This document shows, in pieces, positions 28,792 to 36,405 of a stretch of 50,341 nt of DNA. The DNA is from a virus (taxonomy: Duplodnaviria > Caudoviricetes). Location: IMG/VR virus record IMGVR_UViG_3300030419_000543, positions 1 through 50,341 of that record; one strand, 5' to 3'. Under the pieces are notes generated by a model. The model did no database searches. It saw only the letters and a program-made list of their open reading frames with translations, and was not told the DNA's origin. The position numbers were made by a program, and so were the translations under genes. Numbering within the stretch: position 1 is the first letter of the stretch; each line of letters starts with the position of its first letter.

Positions 28792-29043
28792 ATGGCATTT
28801 ACACGTAGACACTATGAAGCGGTAGGAGATATTATAGCACGTAGCGGAGATGAAGAGTTACGTTCTATGTTAGAAGAGTATTTCTCAGAAATGTTCGACA
28901 AAGATAATCCTCTATACAAGAGAGAGTTATTCCAACGCCGTTGTAATGTAGAAGTTACGAAGGAGAAAAGAGAAGGCAGTTATCTAAAAGATGGTGTGTA
29001 TTACTCTGCCGATGGAACAGCTTTGATGGATTGGAACCTCTAA
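28792..29043 (+). CDS. Conserved small phage protein
   Basis: AAGGAG RBS; TRRHYE.V..II....F..DNP.Y....F motif. Confidence 0.65.
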   Translation: MAFTRRHYEAVGDIIARSGDEELRSMLEEYFSEMFDKDNPLYKRELFQRRCNVEVTKEKREGSYLKDGVYYSADGTALMDWNL

Positions 29044-29381
29044 TGTCTAGTAGACACAAAGAACATGCACATATGTTAATAGCAGATAACTCTATTGATC
29101 ATATCCGCATACTTATACGTGAATTAGTAGTGTTCGATAATAGATTATGTGATCCTGTTACTGGTGAGGACATGTCTTTATCTAAGACTAAAACAGTCAT
29201 TCGAAAGATGATTGAGATAACTAGAAAGAAGCTATTAAATCCATTAACTCATAGGGGTTGGATAACTGACGGAGCAGTAAACGAGTTAGACCTATTGAGT
29301 GAAAGTCTTGATGATGTTAAGTATAAGGTTAGACTATCACCAAAAAAGCGAATACTTAAAAAAGATATTGCGTGGAATTAA
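29043..29381 (+). CDS. Hypothetical protein
   Basis: TAATG-coupled start (MSSRHKEH). Confidence 0.5.
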   Translation: MSSRHKEHAHMLIADNSIDHIRILIRELVVFDNRLCDPVTGEDMSLSKTKTVIRKMIEITRKKLLNPLTHRGWITDGAVNELDLLSESLDDVKYKVRLSPKKRILKKDIAWN

Positions 29382-29388
29382 TCAGGAA

Positions 29389-29456
29389 ACTATTTTGTCA
29401 ACTATGAAACTATTTTGTCAGCATAAAATGAAACTATTTTGTCAACTATTTTGTCA
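29389..29456. repeat. Array 2 of the 12-bp repeat ACTATTTTGTCA (4 copies)
   Basis: Exact copies at 29389, 29409, 29433 and 29445; the first three are preceded by GAA. Confidence 0.97.
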
Positions 29457-29527
29457 ACGCCTAACGCTTAAGAGTATATGAGGTTTCGTGGTTGGCCCTT
29501 ATATACTATCTAGCGAGGCGTTAACGA

Positions 29528-29593
29528 TGGCGGCGGCGAGAGAGGTTTTTTGTCTCCTTCCTCTTTTGCCGTCGTCGCTTCTTTTTACCTTTT
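29528..29593 (+). terminator. Long GC-rich hairpin with U-tract (intrinsic terminator or sRNA 3' end)
   Basis: TGGCGGCGGCGAGAGAGG pairs with CCTCTTTTGCCGTCGTCG using G-U wobbles, followed by CTTCTTTTT. Confidence 0.7.
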
Positions 29594-29633
29594 GCTAGCG
29601 TCTTCTTACGTAATAAAAGACTGCTAAAGACGC

Positions 29634-29662
29634 TTGCAAATTACCGCCGCCAAGTCTATATC
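29634..29662 (+). promoter_or_regulatory. Candidate sigma70 promoter for the DUF932-like gene
   Basis: TTGCAA-17 nt-TATATC upstream of an AAAGGA RBS. Confidence 0.45.
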
Positions 29663-29698
29663 TTGGCTTATCTGAAACGTGACTAGAAAGGATTTATA

Positions 29699-30880
29699 AT
29701 GTCACATGAAATTGAGACGATGGCTTATGCAGGTGAAGTGCCTTGGCATGGGCTAGGTAATCCCGTTACTAATGAGATGTCACCATCCGAAATGATGGTG
29801 GCAGCGGGTGTCGATTGGGAAGTACAATTGACAGCGAACCACTATCCACCAGACCACGCGCATTTTGCTGGTCAACCAGTACCAGACTCCCATTTTATTG
29901 AACGCTCTAGCGATGGTAAAATATTGGGCGAGTACGTTGCCGGGACACAATACAAGACATTTCAGAATAAAGACTTGTTTGAGTTCTTCGCCCCGTTCAT
30001 TGATGATGGTAGCATGTTCTTACATACTGCCGGGTCGTTATTCGGTGGTAGAAAGGTATGGTGCATGGCTACGACTAATGAGGGTTTTACACTCGGCAAG
30101 GATGACCAAGTGAATAATAACCTACTGTTCACGATTGCTCATACTGGCGTTAATGCTAACAGTGCTTTATTAACACCTATTAGAGTGGTGTGTAATAATA
30201 CGATGCGTCTCGCTCTACAGAGTAGTGACGATATTGTCACCCATAATCACAAGGTGCCTTTCGACGCTGACGCAATGAAGGTTGCCTTGGGTATATCGTC
30301 GGAGAACTTCGGAAAGTTTGAAGAGCTTGCTAAGGCTATGGCTAAGAAAGTTCTTCAAGGTGAAGAGGAAATAGAGTTCTTTAAATATGTCTTCGGTGGA
30401 AAAGAGCGTGTCGGTGATAACAATGTTGTCATTCAATCGGAAGGTGTCAGAAAAGCTATGTCATACTTTCGCGGTCAACCTTTCGCTGCTACTTCTAGCA
30501 AGGGTAAGAATGTCACCAAGAAAGAACTTGAAGAGCGCAACGCTTCACAAGCTGCTACGCTTCAAGATCTTATTGATAGCATCAAAGCTGGTAGGGATAT
30601 AGATGTCGATAGCTTGACCAGTGTCAATGCCGATACTGATGCCGTCGAGGTAGAGTCTGTCAACGATGATGCGACTATCAACCCCGGTTGGAATCTCAAA
30701 AGTTCTGAGGGTACGCTTTGGGGTGCTTACCAGACTGTCATGTATATGGCAGATCATAAACCTGTCAGAAACTACGGCGATGATATCAGGCTTGACCGTG
30801 CGCTCTATGGTGCGCCAAGTGGCGGTCGTGACGTTAAAGGTAAGGCCCATGAAAAAGCCCTTGAGCTTGTGGCGGCATAA
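29699..30880 (+). CDS. DUF932/DUF945-family (phage/plasmid-like TIGR03299) protein
   Basis: MSHEIETMAYAGEVPWHGLG, AAG.DWEV, TAGSL.GGRKVW, TPIRVVCNNT, GTLWGAYQ.V....DH. Confidence 0.88.
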   Translation: MSHEIETMAYAGEVPWHGLGNPVTNEMSPSEMMVAAGVDWEVQLTANHYPPDHAHFAGQPVPDSHFIERSSDGKILGEYVAGTQYKTFQNKDLFEFFAPFIDDGSMFLHTAGSLFGGRKVWCMATTNEGFTLGKDDQVNNNLLFTIAHTGVNANSALLTPIRVVCNNTMRLALQSSDDIVTHNHKVPFDADAMKVALGISSENFGKFEELAKAMAKKVLQGEEEIEFFKYVFGGKERVGDNNVVIQSEGVRKAMSYFRGQPFAATSSKGKNVTKKELEERNASQAATLQDLIDSIKAGRDIDVDSLTSVNADTDAVEVESVNDDATINPGWNLKSSEGTLWGAYQTVMYMADHKPVRNYGDDIRLDRALYGAPSGGRDVKGKAHEKALELVAA

Positions 30881-30998
30881 TCGATGGAATTGCTTCTTGT
30901 TCTCTATCGATTGGGTCTGGTTGCTGTTGCTGTTCTTGTTCTTATGATCTTGATGGGATAGCGACCATATAAACTAACTTTTAATATTTAAACTGTAC

Positions 30999-31044
30999 AA
31001 CGGTGAAGCATTCAAGTATAAGAGTGCTTCACCGTTTTCTTTTT
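30999..31044 (+). terminator. 15-bp inverted repeat with T-tract
   Basis: AACGGTGAAGCATTC-aagtataa-GAGTGCTTCACCGTT then TTCTTTTT. Confidence 0.65.
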
Positions 31045-31072
31045 AACTACACATACAAGGAAGGATGAACAA

Positions 31073-31288
31073 ATGCAGATTACAAGAGTTAGCAAGTATT
31101 CAAACACTACGAACACGCAAGAGATTGACGTTACACATGAGCAATTAGACGCTTGGCGGTCTGGGGTATTGATACAGGTTGCAATGCCACATCTCTCCGC
31201 TGACGAGCGCGAATTCATCATGACAGGCATTACCAGCGATGAATGGAATAAATTATTCCCGCCAGAAAGTGAGGATGTAACATGGTAG
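31073..31288 (+). CDS. Conserved small phage protein
   Basis: AAGGAAGGA RBS; W..G.LIQ.AMPHLS.DEREFIMTGIT..EW..LF motif. Confidence 0.75.
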   Translation: MQITRVSKYSNTTNTQEIDVTHEQLDAWRSGVLIQVAMPHLSADEREFIMTGITSDEWNKLFPPESEDVTW

Positions 31289-31500
31289 ATCCTAAAACAG
31301 TTAAAAACATGAAAACCCTTACTTGCTCTATCTGCGACAGTGAGTATACCGGATGGGGTAACAATGCTTGGCCTATTAATGAGGGTCGGTGCTGTGATGA
31401 TTGCAATGGTAATCACGTTTTGCTTGCACGACTCGCTAGAATGCATAAACTCGACACATTAGGTGATCAATCTGACTTAGAGGTGTTTGATGATGATTAA
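31282..31500 (+). CDS. Small Zn-finger protein
   Basis: CSIC...GWGNNAWP..EGRCCDDCN..V..AR. Confidence 0.7.
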   Translation: MVDPKTVKNMKTLTCSICDSEYTGWGNNAWPINEGRCCDDCNGNHVLLARLARMHKLDTLGDQSDLEVFDDD

Positions 31501-31642
31501 GAATATCCGCTTTAAACGTTTGAATGAACCGCACTATGATGATTACAAGTATCGCTCCGACATGCTCGACAACTTGAAAGCTATGCTTGCAATAGTCGGT
31601 GTATTATTGGCATTGTTCACAGTCTGGGTAATCACGCCCTAA
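31493..31642 (+). CDS. Small C-terminally anchored membrane protein (49 aa, not in ORF track)
   Basis: GAGG RBS; MIKNIRFK...LAIVGVLLALFTVWVITP. Confidence 0.5.
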   Translation: MIKNIRFKRLNEPHYDDYKYRSDMLDNLKAMLAIVGVLLALFTVWVITP

Positions 31643-31668
31643 AACATCATAAGGAAGGAGATTATAAA

Positions 31669-31998
31669 ATGAGTATTGAATTAAGACATGGTATTTTCGA
31701 GAACTTTGACGGTAAGCTCGAACACAGTTCCAAACTTTATGTCTTTGACGTTAACAAGATCTGGATAAATCAACGTTTTGAGAATGAAGATGGAACAGAA
31801 GTATTCACGCTCTATTTGAGTGAAAGTAACGGTACAGTTCACCAAGTAAAGCTATTCACTACCGACCAGAAAACAGAGATAACCTTGACACCAGATGCAG
31901 AACGTAGGTTTAACAGCATTCCACAAGCTGCGAGGGGTTCTATTGTGGATATGGTCGTGCCTAATGATGCGATAGACGAGCCAATTAAGCCTATCTGA
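31669..31998 (+). CDS. Hypothetical protein
   Basis: Strong AAGGAAGGAG RBS; 109 aa. Confidence 0.65.
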   Translation: MSIELRHGIFENFDGKLEHSSKLYVFDVNKIWINQRFENEDGTEVFTLYLSESNGTVHQVKLFTTDQKTEITLTPDAERRFNSIPQAARGSIVDMVVPNDAIDEPIKPI

Positions 31999-32023
31999 TA
32001 CAACTAATCCTCCCTAGAAACTT

Positions 32024-32057
32024 AGCCCCTTGCATGGTTTGCGAGGGGTTCTTTTTT
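32024..32057 (+). terminator. Intrinsic terminator ending the accessory block
   Basis: AGCCCCTTGCA-tggtt-TGCGAGGGGTT followed by CTTTTTT. Confidence 0.85.
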
Positions 32058-32161
32058 GCCTACGTGCCAGCATGACATATTTAAACATCTAATTGAATGT
32101 AAAGGGACACTGGCATTATGCAGGGTAGTCGGATTGTGCGCTATGCTGCGCTAGCTATCCA

Positions 32162-32173
32162 ACTATTTTGTCA
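32162..32173. repeat. Isolated copy of ACTATTTTGTCA
   Basis: Exact match to the array unit. Confidence 0.9.
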
Positions 32174-32391
32174 ATGCAGCTTGCACACATATGCGATAAG
32201 GAAAAATAAGCTCTATGGCTCTATAGAATGATTAGGACATATACACAGCTATATAGTTATTAAGTCATCACCGATTATTCGGGCGTGTGGAAGCTCTAGA
32301 CGGGCGCGATAGGGCCACTAGGGTCTACCCATACTCTTACTCCTAGCCCCTCTATTTTTTTATTTTTCTGAGGACTATAGGACTAGACAGC

Positions 32392-32426
32392 AAAAAGGCA
32401 CTGCTTTGATTATACAGTGCCTCTTT
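32392..32426 (-). terminator. Intrinsic (possibly bidirectional) terminator
   Basis: AGGCACTG/CAGTGCCT stem flanked by AAAAA and CTTT; downstream of the 32641-32471 ORF. Confidence 0.7.
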
Positions 32427-32470
32427 CTATCTATAAAAGGTTAAGAAATAGTATAGACTATTTAGCCTAC

Positions 32471-32641
32471 TCAGTCTCTACGCATTATAAGCTCCAAGGT
32501 AACTTCAGGGTTCTTACTGAATCCTTTGTCTATGAACTCACACGCTCCTGTTAAAAATATAATAGATATCATACAAAATATAATAACTATACACCCTAGA
32601 TACTTCATAACAGCCTCTTCGTCTACATTATCTCTAGGCAT
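32471..32641 (-). CDS. 56-aa membrane or lipoprotein-like peptide (not in ORF track)
   Basis: MPRDNVDEEAVMKYLGCIVIIFCMISIIFLTGACEFIDKGFSKNPEVTLELIMRRD; has its own promoter, AGGAAGGAG RBS and terminator. Confidence 0.7.
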   Translation of the reverse strand: MPRDNVDEEAVMKYLGCIVIIFCMISIIFLTGACEFIDKGFSKNPEVTLELIMRRD

Positions 32642-32674
32642 ATAGACTCCTTCCTATATTGGGTCTGTGTACCC

Positions 32675-32702
32675 ATTATACACCCCCACAGCAATCTGTC
32701 AA
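32675..32702 (-). promoter_or_regulatory. Consensus sigma70 promoter (leftward)
   Basis: Minus strand TTGACA-16 nt-TATAAT. Confidence 0.8.
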
Positions 32703-32742
32703 GAGAAAAGTGACATTTTTTTATATTTTTTTTATATTTTAC

Positions 32743-32771
32743 TTGACAGTGTTGCATTTTTGCACTATAAT
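32743..32771 (+). promoter_or_regulatory. Perfect sigma70 promoter (rightward, toward the packaging genes)
   Basis: TTGACA-17 nt-TATAAT with a T-rich UP-like element upstream. Confidence 0.88.
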
Positions 32772-33108
32772 AGAACATACAAGGAAGGGAATAATATGTG
32801 TTTGTTTATTACGTGCCATTACGCACTGCTGATGAGAACATAGAAGGAGAGGGTATATAGACTTATAGTAAAAGATGTAGTTCGTAAATCATCTTCCTGC
32901 AGTTAATAAGTACCATTGAGACTACTTCGATTACACAGTACTCTCAACAGATATATACCTTAAATAAGTAATAATAACGACACTCACAGCATCCGATGAA
33001 CATTCTGATCTATATTATTTCCTTCCTTTCTTTTATACTCGAAAGTTACCAGTTAAGATATCTCGACATGGTAGCGATGGGGTTTATATGTTAACGAGGG
33101 AGTGAATA

Positions 33109-33282
33109 ATGTCTATAATGGATTGGGTTATGAAACGTATCGTAGAACCTTCATCGTGGATAGCAGTAGGCGTAGGTGCTATTATCTTATCGATGATAAT
33201 GCCTAGTTGGGCGATGTGGTTCTTGTGTATCGCTGGTGCTACTACGGTGGCTGGTGTCATCATGAAAGAGAAGGCTGAATAG
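33109..33282 (+). CDS. 57-aa two-TM holin-like protein (not in ORF track)
   Basis: GAGGGAG RBS; MSIMDWVMKRIVEPSSWIAVGVG...AGVIMKEKAE. Confidence 0.65.
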   Translation: MSIMDWVMKRIVEPSSWIAVGVGAIILSMIMPSWAMWFLCIAGATTVAGVIMKEKAE

Positions 33283-33292
33283 TTCAAGTAAT

Positions 33293-33739
33293 ATGTTACC
33301 TCAGACAACTACAGTAAACAATAAGAAGAAGCGAGACTTAACGGATAAACAAGAGAAGTTCATCAATTGTTTACTATCTAATGGGGGCAAAGTATCGAAG
33401 GCTGTAGTAGCGGCTGGCTATAAAGAAGCTAGCCGTTCTTGGTTGATGAAGACGCTGAAGGATGAAATCCTAGAGCGCACCAAGTCCATGCTAGCCTCCT
33501 ATTCAGTTAAGGCGGCACACAGAATAACAGAGGGCTTAGACGCTGATGGCTCTACGCCGATGAACCAGATGGACATGCGCTTAAAGAGTGCAGAGGCTGT
33601 ATTGGATCGTGTAGGCATTGGCAAGAAGCAGATATCAGAGGTACAGGGCGAAGTGATACACGGTATTGTCATGTTACCTGCGAAGGATCAACCTAAAGAT
33701 GTGGAGATTACAATTAATGAGGATATGAGCTATGGCTAA
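33293..33739 (+). CDS. terS: Terminase small subunit
   Basis: LTDKQEKF....G.V..A...AGY HTH; A..VLDRVG; upstream of TerL. Confidence 0.8.
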   Translation: MLPQTTTVNNKKKRDLTDKQEKFINCLLSNGGKVSKAVVAAGYKEASRSWLMKTLKDEILERTKSMLASYSVKAAHRITEGLDADGSTPMNQMDMRLKSAEAVLDRVGIGKKQISEVQGEVIHGIVMLPAKDQPKDVEITINEDMSYG

Positions 33740-34166
33740 TAAAGACCCACGTAAAACAATGAAGAAGATATACAAAGGACTAGATTATGTCCATTCTGAA
33801 AAAAGAGGGATGAGACATAAAGAGTCTGTACCTGATTGGAGATGGGTTGATCCTCCGAAAGGGTCTTCTGTTAGTGAAATAGCTAAAGAAAACGGTGTTA
33901 GTGTTAAAAGTATACTGGCCTTAAATCCAAAATTAAAAAAAGACCCACATTTTGTAAGTAGATTTAAAAAGATAAAAGTGCCTACCACTGCAAAAGGAAA
34001 GAGAGTTTTTGAAGGTACGCCTAAAAAGGAACGTAAAAAACTAGATAGAACTTCTCCAAGATGGACAGGTGTAGAGGCTGTTACTGGAAGTGCTTATCCT
34101 AAAGAAAAAGCCTCTGGCGGTTCCGTAAAGGGCCGACCAGCTAAAAGATCAGCGGAGAATTCGTAG
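33732..34166 (+). CDS. Basic LysM-domain protein with C-terminal xASGGxV motif
   Basis: KGSSVSEIAKENGVSVKSILALNP...IKVP (LysM); ends KASGGSVKGRPAKRSAENS. Confidence 0.75.
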   Translation: MANKDPRKTMKKIYKGLDYVHSEKRGMRHKESVPDWRWVDPPKGSSVSEIAKENGVSVKSILALNPKLKKDPHFVSRFKKIKVPTTAKGKRVFEGTPKKERKKLDRTSPRWTGVEAVTGSAYPKEKASGGSVKGRPAKRSAENS

Positions 34167-34170
34167 TGTA

Positions 34171-34548
34171 ATGGGCAAGTCAGGATGGGAAAAGGTATTA
34201 ACAAGACGAGGTGAGACTTTCTCTGATATGAGTACGTTGTCATCTGAAGAAGTTGCTAAAGGTTTAGCAGAGGAAGATGCTTATGCTAATAGAGATTATA
34301 AATCTGTAACTGAAGGTGGAGATACCCTTTATATAAGAACTAATATCCCTAGAGTTAAAAGACGTATTGCGTTAGAAAAAGAATATACAAAAAGACGTAA
34401 TAGAAATCCACATTCAGGGCATATTCGAAAGTTATATTATAAAGAACGAAATAAAATACGTAGAGCTAACAATCTTAAACCTATTCCAACTCCTAAGAAA
34501 TATGCTTATGGTGGTCGTGTAGCTAAAAGGTCAGTGGAGAAGTCGTAG
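34171..34548 (+). CDS. Basic protein with C-terminal YAYGGRV motif
   Basis: Arg/Lys-rich; ends KKYAYGGRVAKRSVEKS. Confidence 0.7.
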   Translation: MGKSGWEKVLTRRGETFSDMSTLSSEEVAKGLAEEDAYANRDYKSVTEGGDTLYIRTNIPRVKRRIALEKEYTKRRNRNPHSGHIRKLYYKERNKIRRANNLKPIPTPKKYAYGGRVAKRSVEKS

Positions 34549-34589
34549 AGATGTCAGGGATACTATTCGTAAGAGCGATGGAGACAATG

Positions 34590-34724
34590 ATGCCGATTGA
34601 GAACGATAACGAGAAATGTCCTAAGTGTGGACGCGAAGGATGTACGTGTGATCCTGATACGTGTGATTGCGAACCTTCTGTGGTGGATCAACAGGAAGAT
34701 TTAATACAGGATTTCGAGGAATAG
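34590..34724 (+). CDS. 44-aa Cys-rich metallothionein-like peptide (not in ORF track)
   Basis: GGAG RBS; CPKCGREGCTCDPDTCDC followed by an acidic tail. Confidence 0.6.
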   Translation: MPIENDNEKCPKCGREGCTCDPDTCDCEPSVVDQQEDLIQDFEE

Positions 34725-34729
34725 CGTAA

Positions 34730-36403
34730 TTGCCCGATGAGCAGAATAAGCCAAAGAAGCGAGGAAGACCGAAGCTCGTAAGAGGCGAGAAAGGAAATTA
34801 TAACGTATCACGCATAGAGAAGAGAAAGCGTGAGATACGTAAAAGAGTTAAAGTCGCACAGAATGCGGAACGTAAAGCTAAGAAGCGGCTAGATAAACTC
34901 AACGACAAGCAAGCCAACATCAAACATGCAAATATATTATTAAAAAAAGGTGGGCTGGCAGTCGAAGAGAATGTTAAGAAGTTACCTAAAAGTGTACGGG
35001 CAGCGTTACACGATGATACACAAATCCTATTTAATCCGAATGCTGGCCCACAGACTGACTTCTTAGCAGCCCCGGAGAAAGAAGTACTCTACGGTGGTGC
35101 GGCAGGTGGCGGTAAGTCATTTGCTATGCTAATGGACCTTTTGAGATATGCACACAATCCTAATCATCGTGCGCTATTACTCAGAAGGACTTTAGCGGAA
35201 CTAACGGAACTTATAGACCAATCTAGGAAGATATATCCACAAGCTTTTCCCGGTGCTGTCTTTCGAGAATCTAAAAGTACATGGTCGTTCCCTAACGGTG
35301 CTACTGCTCTATTCTCCTACGTAGATAAGGACACGGACGTAACGAGATACCAAGGTCAAGCTTTCACTTGGATTGGTATAGATGAATTAGGTCATTACCC
35401 TACGCCTTACGTCTGGAACTATCTACGAAGTCGCTTACGTACGACAGATAGTACGATAGAGACATATATGAGGGCATCTGCTAACCCCGGTGGAAGCGGA
35501 GGATGGTGGATAAAGAAGATGTTCATAGACCCTTCACCGCCTAATGAACCTTTCTGGGCTACGGACATCGACAGTGGGAAAGTGTTATTACATGGTATTA
35601 ACCATCCTCAGAGGCCGGGACAACCTCTCTTCCAACGTAGGTTCATACCTGCTAGGCTGACAGATAACCCTCACCTAGCAGAGTCAGGCGAATACGAAGC
35701 GATGCTCTTATCGCTTCCTGAAGTAGAGAGAAGGCGTTTACTAGAAGGAGATTGGGATGTCGCAGATGGTGCAGCGTTTTATGAATTTGATAGAGCAGTC
35801 CACGTTGTCGAACCATTTGAGATACCATATAACTGGCCCAGAGTACGCTCTGCTGATTATGGCTATAGCAGTCCTAGTTGTGTTCTTTGGGGTGCAGTAG
35901 ATTGGGATAATAACTTCTGGATCTACAGGGAATTATATAAGAAAGGGTACACTGGAGAAACTCTGGCAGAGATGATAACTGCTTTAGAGTACGATGATCC
36001 ACCGATGAGTATCTCAGTCTTAGACGGAGCATGTTGGTCTAAACACGGTACTGGACCGAGTATTGCAGAGACACTAACAAGGAATGGTGTACGCTTCATA
36101 CCAGCCGATAAGAATAGGATGGCAGGTAAGATAGAACTACACAGGAGATTAGGCTTCAATGAACGTACGGGAGAACCAAGATTACGCATCGTTAGCACTT
36201 GTACTAACCTTATTCGTACCTTACCGACACTCCCCTTATCGAAAACCAATTCAGAAGACGTTGACACGAAAGCAGAAGATCACGCCTACGATGCGCTTAG
36301 ATATATGTGTATGACGAGACAGACAGGACTTCCACACGCAGGAATGCTTAATAAAGTAAAAGAACAGACCTATGAACCAATCAATCAAATATTCGGATAT
36401 TAA
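34730..36403 (+). CDS. terL: Terminase large subunit
   Basis: Walker A YGGAAGGGKS, Walker B IGIDEL, ASANPGG, nuclease DYG and DHAYDALRY; TTG start. Confidence 0.95.
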   Translation: MPDEQNKPKKRGRPKLVRGEKGNYNVSRIEKRKREIRKRVKVAQNAERKAKKRLDKLNDKQANIKHANILLKKGGLAVEENVKKLPKSVRAALHDDTQILFNPNAGPQTDFLAAPEKEVLYGGAAGGGKSFAMLMDLLRYAHNPNHRALLLRRTLAELTELIDQSRKIYPQAFPGAVFRESKSTWSFPNGATALFSYVDKDTDVTRYQGQAFTWIGIDELGHYPTPYVWNYLRSRLRTTDSTIETYMRASANPGGSGGWWIKKMFIDPSPPNEPFWATDIDSGKVLLHGINHPQRPGQPLFQRRFIPARLTDNPHLAESGEYEAMLLSLPEVERRRLLEGDWDVADGAAFYEFDRAVHVVEPFEIPYNWPRVRSADYGYSSPSCVLWGAVDWDNNFWIYRELYKKGYTGETLAEMITALEYDDPPMSISVLDGACWSKHGTGPSIAETLTRNGVRFIPADKNRMAGKIELHRRLGFNERTGEPRLRIVSTCTNLIRTLPTLPLSKTNSEDVDTKAEDHAYDALRYMCMTRQTGLPHAGMLNKVKEQTYEPINQIFGY

Positions 36404-36405
36404 AG

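Noticed and set aside
27705-29456. Repeat arrays as a mini-CRISPR
   Set aside because: Units are 12 bp and separated by only 0-12 bp; there are no spacer-length unique sequences.
29299-29481. ORF containing MKLFCQ repeats
   Set aside because: Product of repeat array 2; overlaps the upstream gene and has no convincing RBS.
30884-30961. 25-aa hydrophobic ORF after the DUF932-like gene
   Set aside because: Possible membrane peptide, but with no clear RBS and too short to support.
33084-33308. Minus-strand 74-aa ORF
   Set aside because: The + strand 57-aa membrane ORF at 33109-33282 has an RBS and fits the operon direction.
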